Below are positions 9,560 through 19,247 of a stretch of 64,000 nucleotides of DNA, piece after piece; positions within the stretch are counted from its first letter, which is position 1; each line of letters starts with the position of its first letter. Source of the stretch: an uncultured Desulfovibrionaceae bacterium (GTDB lineage Bacteria; Desulfobacterota; Desulfovibrionia; Desulfovibrionales; Desulfovibrionaceae); assembly GCA_964371865.1 (NCBI GenBank), contig CAYJOR010000002.1:56465-120464 (forward strand), written 5' to 3'. A model generated the notes under the pieces. The model did not search any database. It saw nothing but the letters and a program-made list of their open reading frames with translations, and was not told where the DNA came from. A program made the position numbers and the translations under genes.

Positions 9560-10425
9560 ATCGAAAACCTGCGTATTACTTTCGCAACAAAAAGTGAAAA
9601 TAAAGTTCCTAAGCCAATGTTTAAAGCAAGTAAAGTGATATTTAACGCCATTGCTTTAGGAAAATCGTATAAATCAGGGCTTGTATAGAGTTTATAGATT
9701 AATTGTGACAAAGTTTGCTGTTTTATACCAGTAAGCAACATAGGAACTTCGTAAGAACCTAAATTATACGAAAAAAGTATCAATCCACTCCAAACAATTG
9801 CGTATTTACATAAAGGAATATAAATAGTTAGAAGAATTTGATTATGATTTGCGCCTAGTATAGTTGCTACATCATAAAAATCTCTTCTAATTTTTGTCAT
9901 AATACTCAACAAAAAGAGCATAACAAAAGGAATACCTTTCAAAGTATAGGCAAAAATTATTCCTAATCCAAGCTTATTATAGAGTATTCCATTAAATCCT
10001 TTTATTCCAATAAAATCAAGTAGACGAACAAACAAGCCAGTGTCGGAAAACATAAAAATTACAAGGAAAACAATATACAAATAAGGCAAAATTAGAAAAA
10101 TTCTTCCTAAATTCTCTAAAAGTAGTTTTGTTATCCTTTCATTTGAAAATATAAGGTACTGCGCAAAATACGTTCCCAAAATAAGACTCAAGACTGTTGA
10201 GGTAAAAGCAATATAAGTTGAGAAAAATAAGGAGGATATGAAGTGTTTTGATCTCCATACCTCCATATAATAGTCGAGTGTAAAGTCATTGAGGTCAAAG
10301 GCTGGAATATATCCAAGACTTTCAATAGCTACAAGATAGAATCCACCGCCTATAAAAAGACAGTAAAAACTCAATGGTAAAGCAAAATAGCAGAAAAAGC
10401 TTGCTAAATTATTTCTTCTTCCCAT
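9556..10425 (-). CDS. ABC importer permease
   Basis: Polytopic protein. EAA-like loop (DVATILGANHNQILLTIYIPL). Overlaps the binding-protein gene end. Confidence 0.8.
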   Translation of the reverse strand: MGRRNNLASFFCYFALPLSFYCLFIGGGFYLVAIESLGYIPAFDLNDFTLDYYMEVWRSKHFISSLFFSTYIAFTSTVLSLILGTYFAQYLIFSNERITKLLLENLGRIFLILPYLYIVFLVIFMFSDTGLFVRLLDFIGIKGFNGILYNKLGLGIIFAYTLKGIPFVMLFLLSIMTKIRRDFYDVATILGANHNQILLTIYIPLCKYAIVWSGLILFSYNLGSYEVPMLLTGIKQQTLSQLIYKLYTSPDLYDFPKAMALNITLLALNIGLGTLFSLFVAKVIRRFSI

Positions 10426-11624
10426 ATTCTTTCAATCCAGTCGATATATTGAGCGTTCATATCATTTATTCTATTCTCAAATAAAACTTGTGAAGGAATA
10501 ATTGCAGGGTTATTTTCGATAATTACGATATCTGCATTTTTGTCAGCCGGTAATAACTTTGTATCAATAGGTGAAAGATCGCCCCAAACTTCTGGTTTCA
10601 TTTTTTCAATTTGAGCTGTCGGACTTTGGAGAAAATCAATCACAAGCATAGCCGCAGCTTTGTTTGGTGCATTATAAGGTATTGCAAGATAATGAGAATT
10701 TCCAATAGTACCACCTTCAAAAATATAACTTCTTACTGTTTCAGGATATTCACCTTTGCGAATAAGACCTTGCGTACGATACACTTCAAAGCCTGAAATA
10801 AAGTCTATTTCATTACTTTTAAACATATTGTACTGTTGTGAAACATTTGCAGGAAAAGCATTTCCACTATTCCAAAGGTATGGATGTAGTTCTTTAAAGT
10901 ATGCAATAACAGGTGCTGAAATTTCTAAAAATTCATCATAAGTATAATCTTTAGTAGAATCAAATTCTGTTAATTCAAAATACGCATTACGTACAAACGC
11001 ACAGCCTACAAAGTCGTTGATAGGGTTTGCATATGTCAATCTACTAGGGTTTGCTTTTGCATATTCAAGAAATTCTTTATATGATTTAGGTGGATTAGAA
11101 ATATTTGCTGAATCGTAAGAATGAACAAGTTGAGCACTGCCAAAAATGGCTTCGTATCCATTAATTTCTATACCATTATCAAAATATAAATCTCCTAAAT
11201 CTTGATTATAGAATTTTTTTTGATTTTCTAAATGCTGAGTAAATGGTCCATATAAAGCTTTTGCATTTTTGAGAGCACGAAAATTTTCTGCATTTACCCA
11301 AATAATATCAATAGAACCTTTTTCTAGTCGATTTTTCTTTTCGTTCAAAAGCTTAGCTACAAAATCAGGAGCATTCATAGGAACACGTCTAAGTTCTATA
11401 TTATACATTTCTTTTAAATGCTTAGAAACAAAGGTATCGATATAAGTATTTATTGAATTATTTCCGCCCCACATAAAAATACTTACTTCTTTACCTTTTC
11501 CCATTTCTATGATTTCGCTGAAAGAAGTATTTTCAGAAATATCTTGACTTTGAGCCTTAAGAGGTGACGTAAGTGAAAAAATTGCTAGCAAAAGACCTAA
11601 AAAAACAGAATAAAACCTAGACAT
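10404..11624 (-). CDS. Periplasmic ABC substrate-binding protein (possibly YnjB-like)
   Basis: Signal peptide MSRFYSVFLGLLLAIFSLTSPLKAQS. About 400-aa soluble protein at the head of the permease/ATPase genes. Confidence 0.75.
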   Translation of the reverse strand: MSRFYSVFLGLLLAIFSLTSPLKAQSQDISENTSFSEIIEMGKGKEVSIFMWGGNNSINTYIDTFVSKHLKEMYNIELRRVPMNAPDFVAKLLNEKKNRLEKGSIDIIWVNAENFRALKNAKALYGPFTQHLENQKKFYNQDLGDLYFDNGIEINGYEAIFGSAQLVHSYDSANISNPPKSYKEFLEYAKANPSRLTYANPINDFVGCAFVRNAYFELTEFDSTKDYTYDEFLEISAPVIAYFKELHPYLWNSGNAFPANVSQQYNMFKSNEIDFISGFEVYRTQGLIRKGEYPETVRSYIFEGGTIGNSHYLAIPYNAPNKAAAMLVIDFLQSPTAQIEKMKPEVWGDLSPIDTKLLPADKNADIVIIENNPAIIPSQVLFENRINDMNAQYIDWIERIWEEEII

Positions 11625-11660
11625 TAATGAAACTCCTTTTCAAACTACTTGTGTTCAAAT

Positions 11661-12254
11661 TTACTTTTCAAGCGAAACGTATCTTGCAATTCTCGTTACA
11701 CGCAAGATACCAGTAAATAGGGTTAAAAGATTAAAAACTGTAAGTATATATGGTATATACAAAGGAAAAAGCATCATCAAACTAAAAACTATAAAAGATT
11801 CTGTTCTTTCAACTAGTCCAAAGTCATAGTGCATACTTTTCACACTTGAATTTTTAAATAGTGCTCCGGCAAGCATAAAGGTTGTGAAATTAAATTGTAC
11901 TATAATGTAGAATAGTATGTAGTATAGAGTATATTCCGGCATATAGAAATAAAATCCAAGTATAACTACAGACTCTACAATACGATCAAAAATCATATCT
12001 AAGTATCCGCCAAGTTTACTACTTTTTCCTGTTAGCCTAGCAACTGTTCCATCAAGAACGTCAAGCAAGCCGGACATCCACAAAAGAAAAAGAGCTATAA
12101 GCAACTTACCGAAATACAGAGAAGCAAACGTACCAAAGCCACAAATCAGTGCAAAAATTGTTATCTGAATCGGATGAAACAGAGTCAATTTACTAGCCAC
12201 AGCAAATGAGTTAAATCCACTTTGGAAATATTTTCTCAATGAAGTATCTATCAT
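11661..12254 (-). CDS. CDP-alcohol phosphatidyltransferase family membrane protein (YnjF-like)
   Basis: Family motif D-G-x2-A-R-x8-G-x3-D-x3-D, seen as DVLDGTVARLTGKSSKLGGYLDMIFDRIVE. Multiple TM helices. Confidence 0.8.
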   Translation of the reverse strand: MIDTSLRKYFQSGFNSFAVASKLTLFHPIQITIFALICGFGTFASLYFGKLLIALFLLWMSGLLDVLDGTVARLTGKSSKLGGYLDMIFDRIVESVVILGFYFYMPEYTLYYILFYIIVQFNFTTFMLAGALFKNSSVKSMHYDFGLVERTESFIVFSLMMLFPLYIPYILTVFNLLTLFTGILRVTRIARYVSLEK

Positions 12255-12276
12255 AAATCACAACCTTTAAACAAAG

Positions 12277-13695
12277 CTATCTTTTCACAATTTTTTTCAG
12301 CAAATTTCTTTGCCATGGTTTTACATTTTCATTAAAGTCTTTATACGCAAGTGTTTTAAGGATTTCCCCTTGAATAGGATATTGATAAATTATTGCCATT
12401 ACAGAAGATAATTTCATACGTCTTGTAACCATTAAAGAAAGAATTGGCAACATTTCTCCGCCTTTATCTCCTACAATTGTTGCGCCGATTATATGTTTTT
12501 TGGCATCTAAAATGATTTTTATAAATCCGTGCCTATCATCTTCTGCTTTTGCTCTATCAACTTCGTCAATCGGAAGTAATTGAGTAGAATATTTTATATT
12601 AAGTTTTTTACACTCATCTTCAAGGTATCCCACATGTGCAACTTCCGGTACTGTGTATGTTGTCCAAGCAATATTATAGTAACTTGCTTTAAATAAAGGA
12701 GATATTAACGCATTTCTCACCACTATTCCTGCCTCATAAGAAGCTGAATGAGTAAATTGATATCTACCACGTACATCACCACAAGCATAAATATTTTTGA
12801 TATTCGTCTGCAAGTAATCGTTAACTTTGATGTATCCACGACTATCGACTTCTATACCAACCTTATCTAATCCTAGATTTTTTGTACTTGGAACTCGCCC
12901 TACAGCAACAAGTAAAGCATCGGCAATGAGTTCAAATTCTTCACCATTTTTTTCAAGTTTGAAAATAATTTCGTCGTTATTTTTACTTACGCTGATAAGG
13001 TTAGTTTTAAAGTGAAGGTTCATTCCATCTTCGATAAATGCTTTTTCTAAAATCGGCGCAACTTCTGGTTCATCACGAACAAAAAGCCCTGTATCTCTTA
13101 TAAGCATATGCACATCACTTCCAAGATGCGCAAAACCTTGACCTAGTTCTAAACCGATAGGGCCAGCACCTAAAACTGCTAATCTTTTTGGAAGTTTATC
13201 TAAGTCAAAAATTGTTTCGTTGGTGTAAAAAGGCACAGAATCTAATCCATTAACTGGCGGAACTAAAGCATGTGAACCTGTTGAAATAACAATATTTTTT
13301 GTTGTATATCTACTCTCACCGACTTGAACTTCGTGTTCATTTACTATTTGACCGATTCCAAGTTTAACATCAACTCCCATACTTTCAAATCTTTCGACGG
13401 AGTCATGTGGTGCAATTTCGGCTATCACTGATTTTACTCTAGCCATAACCTCTTTAAGGTCAACTTCAAAACTAAGATTTTTTACACCATAATTATGAGA
13501 TTTACGTATTTGATGAACAAGATGAGCAGACTTTAAAAAAGTTTTACTCGGCACACAACCATAATTTAGGCAATCACCGCCCATTTTATTATTTTCTATC
13601 AATAAAACTCTAGCGCCCATTTTCACAGCAGCCGAAGCAACTACAAGCCCTCCACTTCCGCCGCCTATAACTGCTATATCATATTCGTATTTCAT
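12277..13695 (-). CDS. Class I pyridine nucleotide-disulfide oxidoreductase (Lpd / mercuric reductase-like)
   Basis: FAD fold DIAVIGGGSGG, redox-active GGDCLNYGCVPSK, NAD fold LAVLGAGPIGLE, C-terminal dimerisation domain. Confidence 0.88.
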   Translation of the reverse strand: MKYEYDIAVIGGGSGGLVVASAAVKMGARVLLIENNKMGGDCLNYGCVPSKTFLKSAHLVHQIRKSHNYGVKNLSFEVDLKEVMARVKSVIAEIAPHDSVERFESMGVDVKLGIGQIVNEHEVQVGESRYTTKNIVISTGSHALVPPVNGLDSVPFYTNETIFDLDKLPKRLAVLGAGPIGLELGQGFAHLGSDVHMLIRDTGLFVRDEPEVAPILEKAFIEDGMNLHFKTNLISVSKNNDEIIFKLEKNGEEFELIADALLVAVGRVPSTKNLGLDKVGIEVDSRGYIKVNDYLQTNIKNIYACGDVRGRYQFTHSASYEAGIVVRNALISPLFKASYYNIAWTTYTVPEVAHVGYLEDECKKLNIKYSTQLLPIDEVDRAKAEDDRHGFIKIILDAKKHIIGATIVGDKGGEMLPILSLMVTRRMKLSSVMAIIYQYPIQGEILKTLAYKDFNENVKPWQRNLLKKIVKR

Positions 13696-13909
13696 AAATA
13701 TACCTTTTTTTGAAATTTTTTATAAAACAAAATCTAAGGCTAGTGTTTCTAATATAATAAGGCAGAAAAAAATTTAAACTTTTAGCATTTCGAGCAAGTA
13801 TACGTTTTAAAAGTAAAAAAGTCAAGATTTCTATTTTTTTTTGGATATACTTCTAAATAATGAAGTAGGTATTGAAAGAACTTTTCTTAAAATATCTTTA
13901 TTAAATAAG

Positions 13910-13937
13910 AAAATCTTATCCTCCCGGATAAGATTTT
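13910..13937. terminator. Hairpin / terminator downstream of the nitroreductase gene
   Basis: AAAATCTTATCC-TCCC-GGATAAGATTTT, a perfect 12-bp stem. T-rich flank on the minus strand. Confidence 0.5.
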
Positions 13938-13987
13938 CAAAACTTTATTTGAAAGTATTAAAATCAATAACTTTCTTTTTATAGAAA

Positions 13988-14539
13988 TTAATCAATGAAA
14001 CGAAGAATTTCATCAACATTTTTTCTTGCTTTTTCATCAGGTTGTGATTCAGGGTAACCACAAACAATTAATGCTGCTACTGTTTCTTCAGCAGGTAAAT
14101 TTGCTAGTTTTGATAAAGATTCGCTATCAATAATACCCATTATACAAGTACCAATTCCTTTAGCATGTGCAGCTAAACAAAATGTTTGACATGCAATACC
14201 AGCATCAAATGATTCCCAGTAGTTTTCAAGGGTTGTTGCATATTCTGCTTTTGTAGGGTCGAGTTTTCCACTTTTACCTTTTACAAAGCTAAGCAGTACA
14301 ACATTTTTTGCATTTTTTAATGTATTAATATTATAAACAAACCCCTTTACACCATCTAGTTCAATTTGTTTGATTTTTTCTACATTATCAATGAATGTAT
14401 AGCGTGCAATTTGGTAATTTGCCCAAGAAGGCGCAAAACGTGCAATTTCAACTACTTCGCTCATCACTTCTCGGCTAATTACTTCATCTTTGTAATGTCT
14501 TACACTTCTACGAGTTTTTAATAATTCTATTGCATCCAT
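13988..14539 (-). CDS. Nitroreductase-family FMN oxidoreductase
   Basis: LLKTRRSVRHYKDE N-terminal signature, PSWANYQ, about 183 aa. Confidence 0.85.
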   Translation of the reverse strand: MDAIELLKTRRSVRHYKDEVISREVMSEVVEIARFAPSWANYQIARYTFIDNVEKIKQIELDGVKGFVYNINTLKNAKNVVLLSFVKGKSGKLDPTKAEYATTLENYWESFDAGIACQTFCLAAHAKGIGTCIMGIIDSESLSKLANLPAEETVAALIVCGYPESQPDEKARKNVDEILRFID

Positions 14540-14721
14540 TTTATTGCTCCTGATTAATAAATTGTGAATATTTTGTTGTAACCAATTGTGTTACACCTAA
14601 TGTGTATCTTAAGATTGTTGTAATGTCAATAGTTACAACGTTAGTTTCTTAGCTTTCAAATTAGACTAAAACATTGACAGAAGCGTATTATTTCATTATA
14701 GAATATCCTACGAGGTTCTAT

Positions 14722-15147
14722 ATGCAAATAACAAGTCGATTTACTTTTGCTATTCACACAATGCTATGTATAGCATATTTTTCTGAAAAACGCAAAGTTA
14801 CTTCAAATTTTATATCTTTAAGTACTAACGCAAATCCTGTTATCATCAGAAGAATTTTAGGGCAGTTAAAAAAAGCTGGACTTGTTACTGTCAGTGCCGG
14901 TGTTGGTGGAGCAAAGCTTGCAAAATCTATAGAAGACATTACTCTTTTTGATATTTTTTATGCTGTTGAAGCTGTTTCAAAAGACTTTTTCAACTTTCAT
15001 ACAAATCCAAATTGTCAATGCCCTGTTGGAAAAAATATACATACAATTTTAGATGGACACCTCAGTGAAATTCAACTCGCTATGAATGAACAAATGAAAA
15101 AAACAAATCTTAAAATGTTACTCAAAGAAACTGAAGAATTTTTATAA
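14722..15147 (+). CDS. Rrf2-family transcriptional regulator
   Basis: MQITSRFTFAIHTMLCIA... wHTH (IIRRILGQLKKAGLV). Cys pair NPNCQCP. Divergent from the nitroreductase gene. Start trimmed from 14674 to ATG 14722. Confidence 0.85.
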   Translation: MQITSRFTFAIHTMLCIAYFSEKRKVTSNFISLSTNANPVIIRRILGQLKKAGLVTVSAGVGGAKLAKSIEDITLFDIFYAVEAVSKDFFNFHTNPNCQCPVGKNIHTILDGHLSEIQLAMNEQMKKTNLKMLLKETEEFL

Positions 15148-15160
15148 AAATGGAAAAAAT

Positions 15161-15769
15161 ATGTACTTTGATACTCTTTCTGAATTACAAAAAAAATACT
15201 GGCATCAGCTTGAAAAATCAAAAAACATAGATTTAATCCTCTATGGCAGCACCGCTATTTCGTTGCAAGTTGGACATAGAAAAGCTGACGATTTCGATTT
15301 TTTTACAGATGAAGTTATCTCATCTGAGAAAATACATCAAAAACTTATTGAAGCAATCCCCTTTCTCAAATCTGCAAATCGAGTAGTTATTAAAGATGAT
15401 ATGCTCGTATATAAAACTAGTGATGGTCTCCAACTCTCTTTTTTTACAGGAATATCTACAGGACGAATTTCAAAGCCAGTACTAACCGACGACAAGATAA
15501 TAAATCTTGCCTCTCTCGATGACTTGCTAGCCTACAAACTACATAAATTCCCCCAACGTACCAGACTTACAGATTTTATTGATTTAGCCTCGATGTTAGA
15601 TTTTGGATTATCTTTAAAAAAAGGTTTAGATGATACCTCAAACTTATTTAAGGATAAATTTATTCAGCACGAGTGTATTCAAGTTTTACACAAACTTGAT
15701 ATCCAAGAACTAAGTCAACTATCTCAAAGTGAAAAAGATATAATAAGAAAAGCGTTACAAGAAATATAA
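15161..15769 (+). CDS. AbiEii/AbiGii-like nucleotidyltransferase-fold protein (putative toxin-type NTase)
   Basis: LYGSTAISLQVGHRKADDFDFF resembles the GGTAL..HR.S.D.D NTase motif. A later LAYKLHKFPQRTRLTDFIDL resembles the K..A...R...D..D motif. 13-nt gap after the Rrf2 gene. Confidence 0.5.
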   Translation: MYFDTLSELQKKYWHQLEKSKNIDLILYGSTAISLQVGHRKADDFDFFTDEVISSEKIHQKLIEAIPFLKSANRVVIKDDMLVYKTSDGLQLSFFTGISTGRISKPVLTDDKIINLASLDDLLAYKLHKFPQRTRLTDFIDLASMLDFGLSLKKGLDDTSNLFKDKFIQHECIQVLHKLDIQELSQLSQSEKDIIRKALQEI

Positions 15770-15810
15770 AAAAAGGGGTGAAATCAAACCAGAAATTTCA
15801 CCCTTTTTTG
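15768..15810. terminator. Bidirectional intrinsic terminator
   Basis: GGGTGAAAT (15776-15784) / ATTTCACCC (15795-15803), flanked by an A-run and a T-run. Lies between convergent genes. Confidence 0.75.
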
Positions 15811-15819
15811 TTTCGGCAT

Positions 15820-16386
15820 TTAAGCTAATTTATTTAGTAACCACTCAATATTTTTTCCTAAATTTTCCATTGTTAGCATACCTTCTTCATCATTGAGAAC
15901 TTCGCCTTTTTCACGACCAATTCCTACGTTCCAATATGATGACATAGGCACAATCATTTGAGAAATACCAAAAAATGCCATAAGAACATTGTAAACATTC
16001 ATTGCTCCACCACGACGTTCAACGCAGATTGGTGCACCAATTTTATGTTTAAGTTCTTTATAAGCAACGTAACCTGCTCTATCTATTAGAGCTTTCATCT
16101 CTGTGCTTACATTAGCGAAATAAGTTGGCGATGCAAGAAGTATAACATCTGCTTCACGCATTTTATCAATCCATTCATTCATAGGATCAGTTTTGATTAT
16201 ACATCTCCCCTTGGTTTTTTCTTGATGGCACGCACCGCAAGCTCTGCAACCATGAAGAAGTGTTCCGCCGATATGAATTGTTTCGCAATCGTGACCCGCA
16301 GCTATAAGCGGTTCAAAAACTTTATCAATACAATTTTGAGTGTTTCCGTTTTTACGGGCACTACCGTTAAACGCAATAACTTTCAT
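15820..16386 (-). CDS. Iron-sulfur flavoprotein (NADPH-dependent FMN reductase family)
   Basis: MKVIAFNGSARKNGNT flavodoxin-like N-terminus plus a compact Cys motif CRACGACHQEKTKGRC. Confidence 0.8.
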   Translation of the reverse strand: MKVIAFNGSARKNGNTQNCIDKVFEPLIAAGHDCETIHIGGTLLHGCRACGACHQEKTKGRCIIKTDPMNEWIDKMREADVILLASPTYFANVSTEMKALIDRAGYVAYKELKHKIGAPICVERRGGAMNVYNVLMAFFGISQMIVPMSSYWNVGIGREKGEVLNDEEGMLTMENLGKNIEWLLNKLA

Positions 16387-16406
16387 AGTCAGTCTCCTAA
16401 ATTTTA

Positions 16407-17198
16407 CTATTTTTTTACTCGATCAAGCCCAAAAGTACTTTCACTCTCTCCAATACGTATATACTTCATGTACACATAAAAAGCATGATGAGTAGCCATT
16501 ATAAAACCAGCTTTTCCATCGAGTATACCTTTTTTTACAAAGTATATGCGTATAAACCCCCAGAGAGCGTGAAAAATTGCTCGACTAAGTGAAAATTTTT
16601 GACCTTTTTGAGTCTTTTCCTTTGCTCCAAAGTCAGCATAGCTATTTAATTTATTAACATAATGCTGAAAAGAAGTATACGGATAATGTATTATATCACC
16701 TGATAATTTTGTAGTTTTACCATTGGTTAACAATTCTTCATGTGCACCTGATGATGTCAATATTAAATCGTTCTTCTTAAAAACACGCATAAGTAAATCA
16801 GGGTAAGAATCTGAGTGTTCCATAAACTTATTAAAGAAAAATGATCGTCTTGGAACAAAAGCTCCTGAAAATTCAGAATTTTTTGCTTCACCATCTGAAC
16901 TCGTGTTGAAAAATTCTTCTATAGAGCGAGTAAGTTCTTCTGATAGCATTTCATCTTGATCAAGAGTTATCACCCATTCAGTATTTATATGCTGTAAAGC
17001 TACTTCAAACTGATTTTTTACGCAGACAAAAGGATTTTGAAGGAATTTTACATTATATTTCTTACAGATTTCTTCTGTTCTATCAGTGCTAAAAGAGTCT
17101 ATAACAACAATTTCGTCACAAAATTGAAGAGAAGCAAGGCAACTATCAAGAGTAAGTTCGCCATTGTAAGTTGCTATAAGAGCCGTAATATTTTTCAT
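16407..17198 (-). CDS. Family 2 glycosyltransferase (WaaE/KdtX-like)
   Basis: ALIATYNGELTLDSCL...VIDSFSTDRT...LDQDE GT-A motifs. Start trimmed to ATG 17198, which has an AAGGA SD. Confidence 0.8.
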   Translation of the reverse strand: MKNITALIATYNGELTLDSCLASLQFCDEIVVIDSFSTDRTEEICKKYNVKFLQNPFVCVKNQFEVALQHINTEWVITLDQDEMLSEELTRSIEEFFNTSSDGEAKNSEFSGAFVPRRSFFFNKFMEHSDSYPDLLMRVFKKNDLILTSSGAHEELLTNGKTTKLSGDIIHYPYTSFQHYVNKLNSYADFGAKEKTQKGQKFSLSRAIFHALWGFIRIYFVKKGILDGKAGFIMATHHAFYVYMKYIRIGESESTFGLDRVKK

Positions 17199-17220
17199 GT
17201 AACATCCTTGATTGATAATA

Positions 17221-17252
17221 TAAAATAAAAAAGGGGAAATTTCTTTCCCCTT
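17221..17252 (-). terminator. tsf intrinsic terminator
   Basis: Minus strand: GGGGAAA-GAAA-TTTCCCC followed by TTTTTTT. Confidence 0.7.
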
Positions 17253-17299
17253 ATTATTAGCACTACTTGAGCTAAATATCAATAGTCTTACTAAAAATA

Positions 17300-18142
17300 T
17301 TATGCACCGAGTTGAATACGGATGAACTTAGCAATTCCAAGAGTTGCACCAAGTTCTTTACCTTGAGCTTGAAGAAGTTGTGCAATGCTCATTTTATCAT
17401 CACGAATGTACATTTGGTTAAGAAGGCAAGATTCTTTAAAGAATTTTTGTACTGCGCCTTCAGCGATTTTTTCGATGATGTTTTCTGGTTTACCATCTTC
17501 ACGAGCTTTTTGACGATAAACTTCACGTTCACGTTCAATCATATCAGCATCTACAGTTGAAGAGTCAACTGCAAGTGGGTTAGCAGCTGCAATTTGCATT
17601 GCGATATTTTTTGTAAGTTCTTGAGCTTTTTCTGCATCAATAGCTTTATCAGCTGTAAGTTCAACTAATACGCCAAGTTTTTTGTTAGCGTGCACGTATA
17701 AACCTACTACGCCACCTTCGGTTGATGCTTTGTAACGAGCTGATTTACCAATAGTGATGTTTTCACCAATTGATGCAACAGCTGATGCGATATCGTCTTG
17801 CATAGAAGCTGCATCTAAAGTTTCAGCACCTGATTTTACGAAAGTATCTGTTGTTTTTTCAACAAGATTTACGAACATATCACCACGAGCAACGAAGTCA
17901 GTTTCACAACAAACTTCAACTAAGCAGCCTTCTTTAAGGTCTGCTGATACCCAAGAACCGATGATACCTTCGCTAGTTGCGCGGTCAGCACGTTTTGCAG
18001 CTTTCGCAAGGCCTTTTTGACGGAGCCAGTCAATCGCTTTTTCAAGATCTGCTTCGCACTCTTCTAAAGCTTTTTTACAGTCCATCATACCAGCAGCTGT
18101 TTTTTCACGTAATTCTTTTACTAATGAAGCTGAAATAGCCAT
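17300..18142 (-). CDS. tsf: Translation elongation factor Ts
   Basis: MAISASLVKELREKTAAGMMDCKKAL UBA-like N-terminus. rpsB-tsf synteny. Confidence 0.96.
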   Translation of the reverse strand: MAISASLVKELREKTAAGMMDCKKALEECEADLEKAIDWLRQKGLAKAAKRADRATSEGIIGSWVSADLKEGCLVEVCCETDFVARGDMFVNLVEKTTDTFVKSGAETLDAASMQDDIASAVASIGENITIGKSARYKASTEGGVVGLYVHANKKLGVLVELTADKAIDAEKAQELTKNIAMQIAAANPLAVDSSTVDADMIEREREVYRQKAREDGKPENIIEKIAEGAVQKFFKESCLLNQMYIRDDKMSIAQLLQAQGKELGATLGIAKFIRIQLGA

Positions 18143-18244
18143 ATTAATTCTCCTTTTTTGAGATAACTCAAAAAATAAAATTCTTAGATTAATGGTAGAA
18201 CCCTGCCATAAAGACAGGGTGTATATTTAAGCAAGGAAAAGATA

Positions 18245-19018
18245 TTATTCTTTTTCTTCTACTAAAGCAGCTGTTTCAAGTTCGTTGATTTGTTTTTCAA
18301 GAGCTTTTTCTGCGTCAACTGAACCGTCTTCTTTAGTAATAGCATCACCTTCGATACATGCTTCTGCCATTGCGTTAACAAATAATTTGATAGCACGGAT
18401 AGCATCATCGTTACCTGGGATAACGTAGTCGATAAGATCTGGGTCACAGTTAGTATCAGTGATAGCAACAATTGGAATACCAAGTTTACGGCATTCTTTA
18501 ACTGCGATGTCTTCACGATGTGGATCGATGATGAAAGCAAGTTGTGGAAGACCATTCATGTTTTTGATACCGCCAAGAGCGAGTTCTAGTTTATCCATTT
18601 CTCTTTGGAGTTCAAGAATTTCTTTCTTTTGGTAGCGGTTTACAGAACCGTCAGCAAACATTGCTTCTAATTTTTTCAAACGGTCAATGCTTTTTTGCAT
18701 GGTTGTGAAGTTGGTAAGTGTACCACCCATCCAACGGTTAGTTACATAAAGTTGACCAGCGCGTGATGCTTCAGTTGCGATTGCTTCTTGAGCTTGGCGT
18801 TTTGTACCAACAAATAAAACTTTTCCGCCTTTTGCTACTGTATCAACGATTTTATCGTGAGCTGTACGGAATAATTTTACTGTTTGTTGTAAATCAATGA
18901 TATGTATACCGTTACGTGCGCCGAAGATATATGTGCGCATTTTAGGGTTCCAACGACTTGTTTGGTGACCAAAGTGTACACCAGTTTCCAACATTTGCTT
19001 CATGCTTACATAAGCCAT
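18245..19018 (-). CDS. rpsB: 30S ribosomal protein S2
   Basis: [27 protein letters not shown]. Start trimmed to ATG 19018. Confidence 0.96.
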   Translation of the reverse strand: MAYVSMKQMLETGVHFGHQTSRWNPKMRTYIFGARNGIHIIDLQQTVKLFRTAHDKIVDTVAKGGKVLFVGTKRQAQEAIATEASRAGQLYVTNRWMGGTLTNFTTMQKSIDRLKKLEAMFADGSVNRYQKKEILELQREMDKLELALGGIKNMNGLPQLAFIIDPHREDIAVKECRKLGIPIVAITDTNCDPDLIDYVIPGNDDAIRAIKLFVNAMAEACIEGDAITKEDGSVDAEKALEKQINELETAALVEEKE

Positions 19019-19247
19019 GAGAAAATCTCCTTGGGTTTTACGTCCATTCCGGTTGAGTATAAACTTATAAAAAAGCAATTAAACCCTATGTTTAACCACC
19101 TTCTGCTATAAGGCACCCCACGGATTGAGCCGGAATGTGCAATTTAGAATCAAGCTCTTGTACAGTATTTCTCAGTAATTTGCAAGTTTTTTTTAACAGA
19201 ATTTAATTTTTTCTACTTGCTCAATCAACGCTATAAAGAGAATAAAT

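Noticed and set aside
14674-14721. N-terminal extensions of several track ORFs (Rrf2 14674, pal 1646, rpsO 4491, rpsB 19078, GT2 17282, zupT 7722, ileS 44031, eamA 42391, ybgF-like 47583, ahb-like 22807)
   Set aside because: In each case an internal ATG with a good SD reproduces the conserved family N-terminus. The extensions start at TTG/GTG or lack an RBS, and some overlap upstream genes.
7806-17282. Impression that the ABC / redox region is a compositionally distinct (more AT-rich) island
   Set aside because: Spot counts of 60-nt lines gave values similar to pnp for the soluble genes. Only the permease genes were lower, as expected from a hydrophobic codon bias. This cannot be supported without a proper sliding-window calculation.
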